In this document: positions 9,592 to 19,715 of the stretch, one piece after another | Numbering within the stretch: position 1 is the first letter of the stretch | Layout of the letters: each line of letters starts with the position of its first letter | Sequence record: OR544955 | Source: Escherichia phage vB_EcoP_EP32B | Direction: 5' to 3' (one strand) | DNA: 64,000 bases | The notes under the pieces: generated by a model | Seen by the model: only the letters and a program-made list of their open reading frames with translations | The model's database searches: none | What the model was told of the DNA's origin: nothing | Program-made: the position numbers and the translations under genes

Positions 9592-9765
9592 ATGACGAAC
9601 ATCCCGACTTCTGAAAATTTCGATAAAATCCGTAAAGGCAAAGCAGAAAGAATGAGACGTTTTAAAGAGTCTTATGATAAAGCTAAAGCCGAAGGAACTA
9701 TTACATACAAGCCCATTCGATTTAAAAGTTCAAATGAGCCTCTGTACGGCGTACTATGTGGATAG
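9592..9765 (+). CDS. hypothetical protein (57 aa)
   Basis: ATG after GAGAGG; ends at hairpin terminator. Confidence 0.4.
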   Translation: MTNIPTSENFDKIRKGKAERMRRFKESYDKAKAEGTITYKPIRFKSSNEPLYGVLCG

Positions 9766-9789
9766 GAACTCTTCGGAGTTCCTTTTTTT
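9764..9789 (+). terminator. UUCG-tetraloop hairpin plus T7 run
   Basis: AGGAACTC TTCG GAGTTCCT then TTTTTTT. Confidence 0.75.
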
Positions 9790-9813
9790 GCTTTATAAAC
9801 GGATGATAGAATG
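9786..9813 (+). promoter_or_regulatory. middle (MotA-dependent) promoter upstream of gene 47
   Basis: MotA box TGCTTTA at 9789-9795, -10 TAGAAT at 9807-9812. Confidence 0.55.
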
Positions 9814-9835
9814 AATTAATTAATGAGGAAATAAT

Positions 9836-10855
9836 ATGAAAATTTTGCACTTAGGCGACTTCCATATCGGAGTCAAACAAGACGACCCATGGGTTCAAGA
9901 TATTCAACGTGATGGTATTCGTCAAGCAATTGAATACTCTAAGAAACACGGGATTAAAACTTGGATTCAGTACGGTGATTGGTTTGACGTCCGTAAAGCA
10001 ATAACGCATCGTACAATGGAATTCAATCGTGAAATCGTTGATATGATTTCTAAAGCAGGCATTCACGTTCATGTCACGATAGGAAACCATGACATGGCGT
10101 TTAAGAATACAATAACACCTAACACTGTTTCTGAATTGTTAACTCAATTTGAAAACTTTACTATTTACGAACATCCAACTACTGTAGATTTTGACGGATG
10201 TCTGATTGATATCGTTCCATGGATGTGTGAAGAAAATACAGGTGAAATCTTAGAGCACATCAAGACTTCTTCTGCGGCGTATTGTGTTGGTCACTGGGAA
10301 CTGAACGGCTTCTATTTCTATAAAGGAATGAAGTCTCATGGGCTTGAACCTGATTTCTTAAAGACCTATAAACAAGTTTGGTCCGGCCACTTCCACACAA
10401 TCTCTGAAGCTGCTAACGTCAAATATATTGGAACACCGTGGACCCTTACTGCAGGCGATGAGAACGATCCTCGCGGATTCTGGGTATTTGACACTGATGT
10501 TGAACGTATGGAATTTATTCCTAATGAAACAACATGGCATCGACGAATCACTTATCCATTTAAAGGCAAAATCAATTATTCTGATTATACTAATCTAGCC
10601 GTACGTGTTATAGTATCAGAAATTGATTCAGAGTTGACTAAGTTTGAATCTGAACTTGAAAAAGTAGTTCACTCTCTTCGTATGGTTTCTAAAGTTGATA
10701 ACAGTGTTGAATCTGATGACGACCAGGAAATCGAGATTAAATCACTTCAAGATATCATTAAAGAATATATTGACGCGATTCCGGATATCTCAGACGAAGA
10801 CAGAGAAGCGCTGGTCAAATATTCAAACGAACTTTATATTGAGGCAACACAATGA
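9836..10855 (+). CDS. 47: recombination endonuclease subunit gp47 (Mre11-like)
   Basis: 339 aa, phosphoesterase motifs LHLGDFH, GDWFD, GNHD, GHWE, GHFH. Confidence 0.95.
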   Translation: MKILHLGDFHIGVKQDDPWVQDIQRDGIRQAIEYSKKHGIKTWIQYGDWFDVRKAITHRTMEFNREIVDMISKAGIHVHVTIGNHDMAFKNTITPNTVSELLTQFENFTIYEHPTTVDFDGCLIDIVPWMCEENTGEILEHIKTSSAAYCVGHWELNGFYFYKGMKSHGLEPDFLKTYKQVWSGHFHTISEAANVKYIGTPWTLTAGDENDPRGFWVFDTDVERMEFIPNETTWHRRITYPFKGKINYSDYTNLAVRVIVSEIDSELTKFESELEKVVHSLRMVSKVDNSVESDDDQEIEIKSLQDIIKEYIDAIPDISDEDREALVKYSNELYIEATQ

Positions 10856-11109
10856 CTTTAGATGAATTTAACAATGCCGGGCTTGGGCTTGAAGTTGAAA
10901 TAGACGTTAAAGATGATGATGGATTCGAGAACACTATTAAGTATTGGATTGAGCCATTACGCGTTGAAGGCAATGAAGTTAAAGCCGTTCATGTCTGTAC
11001 CGACTGGGCTATTGAATTTAGCTTTAATATAATGGACACTGATACTCCTGGCTCTATTCTTAAAATGGCTGAAGCGTGTATTGAGGATGCGTATAATGAC
11101 GAAGACTGA
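10852..11109 (+). CDS. hypothetical acidic protein
   Basis: 85-aa ORF coupled to 47. Confidence 0.5.
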   Translation: MTLDEFNNAGLGLEVEIDVKDDDGFENTIKYWIEPLRVEGNEVKAVHVCTDWAIEFSFNIMDTDTPGSILKMAEACIEDAYNDED

Positions 11110-11317
11110 TTATGAAATCCATCGTCATGAATTTAGTATTGGTGACGGTTATATTGGTATAGTTTTATGAGGAGACAACTCCTCGTTTCTTTGGAACCAT
11201 GTATGTTACTTGTGAGTACGCACCAGGTGTTGTTATGTATGCAGAACTAGATGAATATTTTGCTGATAGAGATGACATGTTAAAATATGTAGAGGACTTC
11301 ATTCGAAGAGAATACAT

Positions 11318-12880
11318 ATGAAATCATTTAAATTAAATCGTGTTCGTTATCAAAACATCATGTCAGTAGGTGGGAATCCTATTGATATCCAATTAGATAA
11401 AGTCCAAAAGACATTAATCACTGGTAAAAATGGCGGTGGTAAATCTACGATGTTAGAAGCCATTACTTTCGGACTTTTCGGTAAACCATTTCGTGATGTT
11501 AAGAAAGGACAAATCATTAATAGCATGAACAAGAAAGAGCTCTTAGTTGAGCTTTGGATGGAATTCGATGATAAAAAATACTTCATTAAACGTGGCCAAA
11601 AGCCCAATATTTTCGAAATCTCCGTTGACGGTGTTCGTCTCGATGAATCTGCCAGCAGTCGTGACTTCCAAGAAGAATTTGAACGTAGCATCGGAATGTC
11701 ATACGCGTCTTTTAAACAAATCGTTGTGCTTGGGACGGCAGGGTATACCCCTTTCATGGCTCTTAGCACCCCTGCTCGTAGAAAGCTTGTTGAAGACTTA
11801 TTAGAAGTTGGCACACTCGCTGAAATGGATAAAATCAATAAGTCTCAAGTTCGCGAACTTAATTCTCAGGGACAAGTTCTTGATGCCAAGAAAGATGGTA
11901 TTATCCAACAAATTAAGATTTATAACGAGAATATCGAACGTCAAAAGAAATTATCTGGTGATAATGTAGCGCGTCTACAGAATATGTATGACGACCTAGC
12001 CAAAGAAGCTCGGTCATTAAAAGCAGAAATCGAAGAAGCTAATGAGCGACTACTTAATATCGTTCTTGATGAAGACCCTACTGAGGCATTCAACAAGATA
12101 GGACAAGAAGCATTCTTGATTAAATCTAAAATTGACTCATATAACAAAGTTATTAAGATGTATCATGATGGCGGTACATGTCCTACTTGTGCATCACAGT
12201 TGCACCAGGGTGACCCTATTGTCTCTAAGATTACCGATAAGCTTCATGAATGTAATCACTCATTCGAGCAACTTACATGTCACAGAGATAATCTGAGTGT
12301 CCTAGTGGACGAATATAGAGCTAATGTCAAGACTAAACAGGACCTTGCATCTGATATTCGTACCAAGAAACAAGCAATGATTGCCACTATTGATAAAGCT
12401 AAGAAAGTTAAAGCTGCAATAGAACAAGCCTCAGCAGAATTTATCGACCATGCCGATGAGATAGCTTTGCTTCAAAAAGAACTTGATAAAATCATTAAAA
12501 CAAAATCGGATATCGTTCTTGAAAAATACCATCGTGGTATTATCACAGATATGTTAAAAGATTCTGGTATTAAAGGTGCTATCATTAAAAAATATGTGCC
12601 TCTGTTCAACAAGCAGATTAACCATTATCTTAAAATCATGGAAGCTGATTACGTGTTTTCTATTGACGAAGAATTCAATGAATCTATAAAATCACGTGGC
12701 CGTGAAGAGTTCAGTTATGCTTCATTTAGTCAAGGCGAAAAAGCGCGTATCGATATCGCATTGTTGTTTACATGGCGAGATATTGCTGAAAAGGTCTCTG
12801 GTGTTAAAATCAACACAACGTGTTCATTATTTCTCACAGAGACCATGACCCACAAGCTTATGGACAACATCTTCAAATGA
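11318..12880 (+). CDS. 46: recombination ATPase gp46 (Rad50/SbcC-like); C-terminus disrupted, H-loop segment continues in another frame to 12918
   Basis: Walker A GKNGGGKST, zinc hook CPTC, signature SQGEKARIDIAL; no Walker B in frame; VFIISHRDHDPQ in other frame. Confidence 0.85.
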   Translation: MKSFKLNRVRYQNIMSVGGNPIDIQLDKVQKTLITGKNGGGKSTMLEAITFGLFGKPFRDVKKGQIINSMNKKELLVELWMEFDDKKYFIKRGQKPNIFEISVDGVRLDESASSRDFQEEFERSIGMSYASFKQIVVLGTAGYTPFMALSTPARRKLVEDLLEVGTLAEMDKINKSQVRELNSQGQVLDAKKDGIIQQIKIYNENIERQKKLSGDNVARLQNMYDDLAKEARSLKAEIEEANERLLNIVLDEDPTEAFNKIGQEAFLIKSKIDSYNKVIKMYHDGGTCPTCASQLHQGDPIVSKITDKLHECNHSFEQLTCHRDNLSVLVDEYRANVKTKQDLASDIRTKKQAMIATIDKAKKVKAAIEQASAEFIDHADEIALLQKELDKIIKTKSDIVLEKYHRGIITDMLKDSGIKGAIIKKYVPLFNKQINHYLKIMEADYVFSIDEEFNESIKSRGREEFSYASFSQGEKARIDIALLFTWRDIAEKVSGVKINTTCSLFLTETMTHKLMDNIFK

Positions 12881-12972
12881 GCAAAGTTGGACGATTTACG
12901 GTAATGACTGTTTCATAAACGCTTTAACACGATGTGGTTATAATGACCACATCAAATTAAATGGAGAACAAC

Positions 12973-13161
12973 ATGGAGTATTCAACCGGTCAACATCTTC
13001 TTGTTGTCCCTGAAATTAAAAAATATGTTTTGACCAATACGTTTTCAGGTGAAGAACATATTGTTACTGAACAAATGCTCAAATCTGCTTTTAAAGATGA
13101 GTATAATAAAATAATGTCTAATCGCAATTCCGCATGGACAGTTACCGACTTCTACGAATAA
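12973..13161 (+). CDS. hypothetical protein (T4 45.2 position)
   Basis: 62 aa, RBS GGAG. Confidence 0.55.
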   Translation: MEYSTGQHLLVVPEIKKYVLTNTFSGEEHIVTEQMLKSAFKDEYNKIMSNRNSAWTVTDFYE

Positions 13162-13173
13162 GAGAGAAATAAT

Positions 13174-13590
13174 ATGTTTACTACTGCTAAAGGTTTTACC
13201 GCTGCTGATCTGAAAGTTACTTCTATCCGTACTGACGCTAACCCGCATAACCATAATCGTGTTCGTAAAGCATGGGTCCTGCATTGTGATGACGCAAGTG
13301 CTAAAAAGCTTCAATCTTTGCCACAAGAAACTCGTTTTATGATTTATGGTTTTATTGATAACGATGTATCTGATATGTGGATTCATTTGATGCGTAAGCA
13401 CTATAAAGATTCTATCGAAGCAGGTGCTAAAATCGTTCTTGATAAAGATGGTTCTGAGCGTCTGGAAGATTTCTACTGTGTTGATGCCGATGAACAATTA
13501 ATTGCAGCTGGCGAAATTGTTGCTTCTAAAATTCCAGAATATATTGAATCACTGCCTGAAGCTATTAAAAAGCAGATGGTTGCTGCATAA
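13174..13590 (+). CDS. rpbA: RNA polymerase-binding protein RpbA-like (by synteny)
   Basis: 138-aa ORF between 45.2 and 45. Confidence 0.55.
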   Translation: MFTTAKGFTAADLKVTSIRTDANPHNHNRVRKAWVLHCDDASAKKLQSLPQETRFMIYGFIDNDVSDMWIHLMRKHYKDSIEAGAKIVLDKDGSERLEDFYCVDADEQLIAAGEIVASKIPEYIESLPEAIKKQMVAA

Positions 13591-13632
13591 TAAATTTGTT
13601 ATAAACTTTGAATTGTCTTGAAAGGAAATAAA

Positions 13633-14319
13633 ATGAAACTGTCTAAAGATACTATCGCTATTCTGAAAAACTTTGCCTCTATTAACTCAGGCATTCTGCT
13701 GAGTCAAGGTAAATTTATTATGACTCGTGCAGTTAATGGCACCACTTATGCGGAAGCAAATATCTCTGATGAAATTGATTTTGACGTAGCACTTTATGAT
13801 TTGAATAGCTTCTTAAGCATTTTGAGTCTAGTGTCTGATGATGCTGAAATTTCAATGCACACCGATGGCAATATTAAAATTGCAGACACACGTTCCACAG
13901 TTTATTGGCCTGCCGCTGACAAGAGCACCATTGTTTTTCCTAATAAGCCAATTCAATTCCCAGTGGCTTCTGTGATTACTGAAATTAAAGCTGAAGACCT
14001 TCAACAATTGCTTCGAGTTTCACGTGGTCTTCAGATTGATACAATTGCTATTACAAATAAAGATGGTAAAATTGTTATCAACGGCTATAATAAAGTTGAA
14101 GATTCCGGACTAACTCGTCCTAAGTATTCTTTGACTCTTACCGATTATGATGGCTCTAATAACTTTAACTTTGTAATCAATATGGCTAATATGAAAATCC
14201 AGCCAGGTAACTATAAAGTAATGTTGTGGGGAGCTGGTGATAAAGTTGCAGCTAAGTTTGAAAGCTCTCAAGTAAGTTATGTTATTGCAATGGAAGCCGA
14301 TTCTACTCACGACTTCTAA
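13633..14319 (+). CDS. 45: sliding clamp gp45
   Basis: 228 aa, MKLSKDTIAILKNFASINSGI...ADSTHDF, recalled T4 gp45 match. Confidence 0.95.
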   Translation: MKLSKDTIAILKNFASINSGILLSQGKFIMTRAVNGTTYAEANISDEIDFDVALYDLNSFLSILSLVSDDAEISMHTDGNIKIADTRSTVYWPAADKSTIVFPNKPIQFPVASVITEIKAEDLQQLLRVSRGLQIDTIAITNKDGKIVINGYNKVEDSGLTRPKYSLTLTDYDGSNNFNFVINMANMKIQPGNYKVMLWGAGDKVAAKFESSQVSYVIAMEADSTHDF

Positions 14320-14394
14320 GACAAAGATTTACGTTTAATGTGATACGATTATGGAGGAGAAATCCTCCAGTTTAATGATAATGAGGAAAATTAC

Positions 14395-15357
14395 ATGATT
14401 ACTATCAATTCCAAAGAACACATTCTAGAACAGAAATATCGTCCTTCTTCCATTGACGAATGTATTCTGCCTGCGTATGACCATGAAACATTCAAGTCTT
14501 TAGTATCTAAAGGAAAACTTCCTCATATTATTTTACACTCTCCATCTCCTGGTACCGGTAAAACCACCGTGGCAAAAGCATTATGTAATGATATCAACGC
14601 TGAAATGATGTTTGTCAACGGTTCTGATTGTAAAATTGATTTTGTACGCGGTCCGTTAACTGCATTTGCTCGTTCAGTCTCAATGGAAGGCAAGCCTAAA
14701 GTTATTGTTATTGATGAATTTGACCGTAGTGGCCTCGCCGAATCACAACGTCACCTTCGTACGTTTATGGAAGAATTCTCTAGTAACTGCTCTATTGTTA
14801 TTACTGCTAACAACATTGATGGAATTATTGAACCATTACGTAGCCGTTGTCGAGTTATAGAATTCGGTCGTCCGACTGAAGAAGATAAAATCTCGATGAT
14901 GAAGAAAATGATTCATCGTATGGTTGAAATCTGTAAGAATGAAAATATCGAAATCGCTGATATGAAAGTTGTTGCAGCTCTGGTTAAAAAGAACTTCCCG
15001 GACTTTCGTCGTACAATTGGTCAATTAGACCAGTACTCGTCTAAAGGTGTTCTTGATGCAGGTATTTTGTCTATCGTAACTAATGACCGTGGCACAGTCT
15101 CTGATGTTATCGAAGCAATGAAGAACAAAGATATCAAACAACTTCGTGCATTAGCTCCAAAATATGCTGCAGATTATTCATGGTTCATCGATAAATTAGT
15201 TTCAGAATGTTATGACCAAGTTGCACCTGGTAAAAGTATTATTTCGCTTTATGAAATTGCAGGCGAAAATAATAAGTTTCATGGATTAGCAAGTAATATT
15301 GAATTACATGTTATGTATATGCTTCTTCAACTGACCTGCGAACTGACTTGGAAATAA
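14395..15357 (+). CDS. 44: clamp loader large subunit gp44 (AAA+)
   Basis: Walker A GTGKTT, Walker [12 protein letters not shown] motif. Confidence 0.95.
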   Translation: MITINSKEHILEQKYRPSSIDECILPAYDHETFKSLVSKGKLPHIILHSPSPGTGKTTVAKALCNDINAEMMFVNGSDCKIDFVRGPLTAFARSVSMEGKPKVIVIDEFDRSGLAESQRHLRTFMEEFSSNCSIVITANNIDGIIEPLRSRCRVIEFGRPTEEDKISMMKKMIHRMVEICKNENIEIADMKVVAALVKKNFPDFRRTIGQLDQYSSKGVLDAGILSIVTNDRGTVSDVIEAMKNKDIKQLRALAPKYAADYSWFIDKLVSECYDQVAPGKSIISLYEIAGENNKFHGLASNIELHVMYMLLQLTCELTWK

Positions 15358-15358
15358 T

Positions 15359-15922
15359 ATGAACTTATTTGATGATGACGTCCGGCTTAACGAGCACCAA
15401 ATTGCATGGAAGTCTAATGACGCTGATGCGATTCAAAAATGTGCTGACATGTTTAAAGAAAAACCTGAGAATGAATTCTTTAAAATCATTAATGCTATTA
15501 ATGAAAAGAAATCTATGTCAATTGCTCAGGTCGACTACTCAAAATTTATGGTTGAGAACTCATTATCACAGTTCCCGGAATGTATGCCAGCTGTTTACAT
15601 GATGAACTTAGTCGGTTCTGAATTAAGTGATGAAGCGCACTTCAACTATATGATGGCGGCAATTCCGCATGGTCGTCGATTCTCTAAATGGGCTAAACTA
15701 GTCGAAGACACTTCAGAGTTACTAGTTATCAAACTGTTGATGAAACGTTACACAATCAACATGAATGATGCTACCGAGTATAAGCGGCTCCTTGAAAAAA
15801 ATAACAAGCTGCCAATAGTCCTTAAAGAACTGAAGGCCATGGTCACTGATGAGTTTCTCAAAGAAGTTACAAAAAATGTGAAAGAACAAAAACAATTTAA
15901 AAAATTAGCATTGGAATGGTAA
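15359..15922 (+). CDS. 62: clamp loader small subunit gp62
   Basis: 187 aa, coupled to 44. Confidence 0.88.
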   Translation: MNLFDDDVRLNEHQIAWKSNDADAIQKCADMFKEKPENEFFKIINAINEKKSMSIAQVDYSKFMVENSLSQFPECMPAVYMMNLVGSELSDEAHFNYMMAAIPHGRRFSKWAKLVEDTSELLVIKLLMKRYTINMNDATEYKRLLEKNNKLPIVLKELKAMVTDEFLKEVTKNVKEQKQFKKLALEW

Positions 15923-15924
15923 AA

Positions 15925-16293
15925 ATGATCGAAATTAAATTGAAGAACCCCGAAGATTTTCTTAAAGTCAAAGAGACTCTGACCCGTATGGGCATCGCTA
16001 ATAACAAGGATAAAGTTCTTTATCAGTCCTGTCATATCCTCCAAAAGCAAGGTAAATATTACATCGTCCACTTTAAAGAAATGTTGCGTATGGACGGGCG
16101 TCAAGTTGATATTGATGGTGAAGACTACCAACGACGTGATTCGATTGCCCAGTTGCTTGAAGACTGGGGATTGATTGCTATTGAAGACTCTGCTCGTGAA
16201 GATCTGTTTGGCCTAACTAATAACTTCCGTGTTATCTCTTTTAAACAGAAAGATGACTGGACTTTGAAAGCAAAATATACAATTGGTAATTAA
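15925..16293 (+). CDS. regA: translational repressor RegA
   Basis: MIEIKLKNPEDFLKVKETLTRMGIANNKDKVLYQSCHILQK, recalled T4 RegA match. Confidence 0.9.
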   Translation: MIEIKLKNPEDFLKVKETLTRMGIANNKDKVLYQSCHILQKQGKYYIVHFKEMLRMDGRQVDIDGEDYQRRDSIAQLLEDWGLIAIEDSAREDLFGLTNNFRVISFKQKDDWTLKAKYTIGN

Positions 16294-16297
16294 AGCA

Positions 16298-16315
16298 ATG
16301 GGACTTCGGTCCCAT
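16298..16315 (+). other. UUCG-tetraloop hairpin between regA and 43, followed by TATAAT
   Basis: ATGGGAC TTCG GTCCCAT; no long T run. Confidence 0.5.
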
Positions 16316-16374
16316 TTGGAGTATAATAAGTTCATCAACAAACAAAAGACAATAACTCGTCTAAAGGAAATTAA

Positions 16375-19059
16375 ATGAAAGAATTTTACTTAACGGTTGA
16401 ACAGATTGGTGATTCAATTTTTGAACGTTACATCGATTCTAATGGCCGTGAACGTACTCGTGAAGTAGAATATAAACCATCACTGTTTGCTCATTGTCCA
16501 GAAAGTCAGGCTACGAAATATTTCGATATCTACGGTAAGCCGTGTACTCGTAAGTTGTTCGCTAATATGCGTGATGCCTCCCAATGGATTAAACGTATGG
16601 AAGATATCGGACTTGAAGCACTTGGCATGGACGATTTCAAATTGGCGTATTTGTCTGACACTTATAACTATGAAATCAAATACGACCATACAAAAATTCG
16701 TGTGGCTAACTTCGACATCGAAGTAACATCTCCGGACGGGTTCCCTGAGCCGTCACAAGCAAAACATCCGATTGATGCTATCACCCATTATGACTCAATT
16801 GACGACAGGTTCTACGTATTTGATCTATTGAATTCTCCATATGGTAATGTAGAAGAATGGTCTATCGAAATTGCAGCTAAGCTTCAAGAACAAGGTGGTG
16901 ATGAAGTTCCATCCGAAATTATCGATAAAATCATTTATATGCCGTTCGATAACGAAAAAGAATTGTTGATGGAATATCTCAACTTCTGGCAACAGAAAAC
17001 TCCTGTCATTTTGACTGGATGGAACGTTGAGTCATTTGATATTCCATATGTGTATAACCGAATCAAGAATATTTTTGGCGAATCTACTGCGAAACGTTTA
17101 TCACCACATCGTAAAACTCGTGTTAAAGTTATCGAAAACATGTATGGTTCTCGTGAAATCATTACATTGTTCGGTATCTCTGTTCTTGATTATATTGACC
17201 TTTACAAAAAATTCTCTTTTACCAATCAACCGTCGTATTCTCTGGATTACATTTCAGAATTTGAATTGAACGTTGGTAAACTGAAATACGACGGTCCTAT
17301 TTCTAAACTTCGTTATAACATCATCGACGTATATCGTGTATTGCAAATTGATGCTAAACGCCAGTTCATTAACTTGAGTTTGGACATGGGTTATTATGCT
17401 AAGATACAGATTCAATCTGTGTTTAGCCCAATTAAAACATGGGATGCTATTATTTTTAATAGCCTTAAAGAACAAAACAAGGTGATTCCACAAGGTCGTT
17501 CGCATCCAGTTCAACCTTACCCGGGTGCTTTTGTTAAGGAACCTATTCCAAATCGATACAAATATGTAATGAGTTTCGACCTTACATCTCTGTATCCAAG
17601 TATTATTCGCCAAGTGAATATTAGCCCGGAAACAATAGCAGGAACGTTTAAAGTAGCTCCACTGCATGATTATATTAACGCAATCGCTGAACGTCCTTCA
17701 GATGTGTACAGTTGCTCTCCTAACGGCATGATGTATTATAAAGACCGTGACGGTGTTGTTCCAACTGAAATCACTAAGGTCTTTAATCAACGTAAAGAAC
17801 ATAAAGGTTATATGCTTGCAGCTCAACGTAATGGTGAAATAATTAAAGAGGCATTGCATAATCCTAATCTTTCTGTTGACGAACCATTAGATGTTGATTA
17901 TCGTTTCGACTTCAGCGATGAGATTAAAGAAAAGATTAAAAAGTTGTCTGCTAAATCTCTTAATGAAATGTTGTTTAGAGCTCAACGTACTGAAGTTGCA
18001 GGTATGACTGCACAGATTAACCGTAAATTGCTTATCAACTCACTTTATGGTGCACTTGGAAACGTTTGGTTCCGTTATTATGATTTGCGTAATGCTACTG
18101 CAATCACAACATTCGGACAAATGGCTTTACAGTGGATTGAACGTAAAGTTAATGAATATCTGAATGAAGTTTGCGGTACAGAAGGTGAAGCTTTCGTTCT
18201 TTATGGTGATACAGACTCTATTTACGTATCTGCTGATAAAATTATCGATAAGGTTGGTGAATCTAAATTCCGTGATACCAACCATTGGGTAGACTTCTTA
18301 GATAAGTTCGCTCGTGAACGTATGGAACCTGCTATTGATAGAGGTTTCCGTGAAATGTGCGAATACATGAATAATAAGCAACATTTGATGTTCATGGACC
18401 GAGAAGCTATCGCTGGTCCTCCGCTCGGTTCTAAAGGTATTGGTGGATTTTGGACTGGTAAGAAACGTTATGCATTAAACGTGTGGGATATGGAAGGTAC
18501 TCGTTACGCTGAGCCTAAACTCAAAATCATGGGTCTAGAGACTCAGAAATCTTCGACACCTAAAGCAGTACAGAAAGCTCTTAAAGAATGTATTCGTCGT
18601 ATGCTTCAAGAAGGTGAAGAATCATTACAAGAATATTTTAAAGAGTTTGAAAAAGAATTCCGTCAATTGAATTATATTAGCATCGCGTCGGTATCTTCTG
18701 CGAATAACATTGCTAAATATGATGTCGGTGGATTCCCTGGCCCCAAATGTCCGTTCCATATTCGTGGAATTCTGACATATAACCGAGCTATCAAAGGTAA
18801 TATCGATGCACCGCAAGTTGTAGAAGGTGAAAAAGTATATGTTCTGCCTTTACGTGAAGGAAACCCATTCGGTGATAAATGTATCGCATGGCCTTCTGGT
18901 ACGGAAATCACTGATTTAATCAAAGATGATGTACTTCATTGGATGGACTACACGGTTCTCCTTGAGAAGACATTTATTAAACCACTTGAAGGATTCACAT
19001 CAGCAGCTAAACTCGATTACGAGAAGAAAGCATCTCTGTTCGATATGTTTGATTTTTGA
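16375..19059 (+). CDS. 43: DNA polymerase gp43 (family B, RB69-type numbering)
   Basis: 894 aa; Exo I FDIE (D114/E116), D222, YGDTDS, KILINSLYG; strong match to recalled RB69 gp43. Confidence 0.97.
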   Translation: MKEFYLTVEQIGDSIFERYIDSNGRERTREVEYKPSLFAHCPESQATKYFDIYGKPCTRKLFANMRDASQWIKRMEDIGLEALGMDDFKLAYLSDTYNYEIKYDHTKIRVANFDIEVTSPDGFPEPSQAKHPIDAITHYDSIDDRFYVFDLLNSPYGNVEEWSIEIAAKLQEQGGDEVPSEIIDKIIYMPFDNEKELLMEYLNFWQQKTPVILTGWNVESFDIPYVYNRIKNIFGESTAKRLSPHRKTRVKVIENMYGSREIITLFGISVLDYIDLYKKFSFTNQPSYSLDYISEFELNVGKLKYDGPISKLRYNIIDVYRVLQIDAKRQFINLSLDMGYYAKIQIQSVFSPIKTWDAIIFNSLKEQNKVIPQGRSHPVQPYPGAFVKEPIPNRYKYVMSFDLTSLYPSIIRQVNISPETIAGTFKVAPLHDYINAIAERPSDVYSCSPNGMMYYKDRDGVVPTEITKVFNQRKEHKGYMLAAQRNGEIIKEALHNPNLSVDEPLDVDYRFDFSDEIKEKIKKLSAKSLNEMLFRAQRTEVAGMTAQINRKLLINSLYGALGNVWFRYYDLRNATAITTFGQMALQWIERKVNEYLNEVCGTEGEAFVLYGDTDSIYVSADKIIDKVGESKFRDTNHWVDFLDKFARERMEPAIDRGFREMCEYMNNKQHLMFMDREAIAGPPLGSKGIGGFWTGKKRYALNVWDMEGTRYAEPKLKIMGLETQKSSTPKAVQKALKECIRRMLQEGEESLQEYFKEFEKEFRQLNYISIASVSSANNIAKYDVGGFPGPKCPFHIRGILTYNRAIKGNIDAPQVVEGEKVYVLPLREGNPFGDKCIAWPSGTEITDLIKDDVLHWMDYTVLLEKTFIKPLEGFTSAAKLDYEKKASLFDMFDF

Positions 19060-19099
19060 TATAATGCCAAGGACGGCCAACTAATTAAATGAGAGAAAT

Positions 19100-19408
19100 A
19101 TGAAAACTACTCCTATTACTATCGCTATTGACGCAATCATAAAACAAGCTTCTTCTTTGGCCGCTATGGCCAAAGTAATTAGTCAAAACCCTGCTCGTTA
19201 TAATGCTATTCTAGAAACTCTTCGACGCCCTGGACTGAGTAATTATGAAAGTCGTGTAATTATTACAGGTGTTGGTAAGAACGCTAATATCGCAACTAAA
19301 GCTTCCGAGACATTTGCTTCACTCGGTATCCCGAGTATGTACTTGAACACTGGGCATTATTCTCACGGTGATGCAGGATTCATTGCGCCTAATGAGGCAT
19401 CGCGGTAG
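19100..19408 (+). CDS. KdsD/GutQ-like SIS-domain sugar-phosphate isomerase, N-terminal part (gene frameshifted, continues 19396-19575)
   Basis: ITGVGKNANIATK..TFASLGIPS..HGD; downstream frame has LAPTMSTT and HPGGALG. Confidence 0.6.
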   Translation: MKTTPITIAIDAIIKQASSLAAMAKVISQNPARYNAILETLRRPGLSNYESRVIITGVGKNANIATKASETFASLGIPSMYLNTGHYSHGDAGFIAPNEASR

Positions 19409-19575
19409 AGGTTGATGAGAATTCTCTGGCTCCGACAATGTCTACTACATTGTTGTTAGCGCTTATCGATACGTTCGCTATCAACCTTTCGTCTGAACGT
19501 GGATTTACCTCTAATGATTTCCTTAAGTTCCATCCAGGCGGTGCACTAGGTGCCATGTTACGAGGCGAACAATGA
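19396..19575 (+). pseudogene. C-terminal segment of the SIS isomerase in the -1 frame
   Basis: open frame from 19396 encoding GIAVEVDENSLAPTMSTT...GFTSNDFLKFHPGGALG, no start codon. Confidence 0.55.
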
Positions 19576-19715
19576 AAGCAATAACAATAGGACTTTTACT
19601 ATTGATGCTTGTCATGACTATCTACTGGAGCTTAACGGCTCCGGTAATGATTCCAACACTTGTAATTGGATGGATTATGATTGGACTACAAGCAAAGTAT
19701 GAATGCTTTAACTAG
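19572..19715 (+). CDS. small membrane protein (47 aa)
   Basis: ATGA overlap, hydrophobic. Confidence 0.4.
   Translation: MKAITIGLLLLMLVMTIYWSLTAPVMIPTLVIGWIMIGLQAKYECFN

Noticed and set aside
16298-16315. Hairpin as the gp43 translational operator
   Set aside because: It lies about 60 nt upstream of the gene 43 start rather than overlapping the SD; more likely a regA-distal hairpin.
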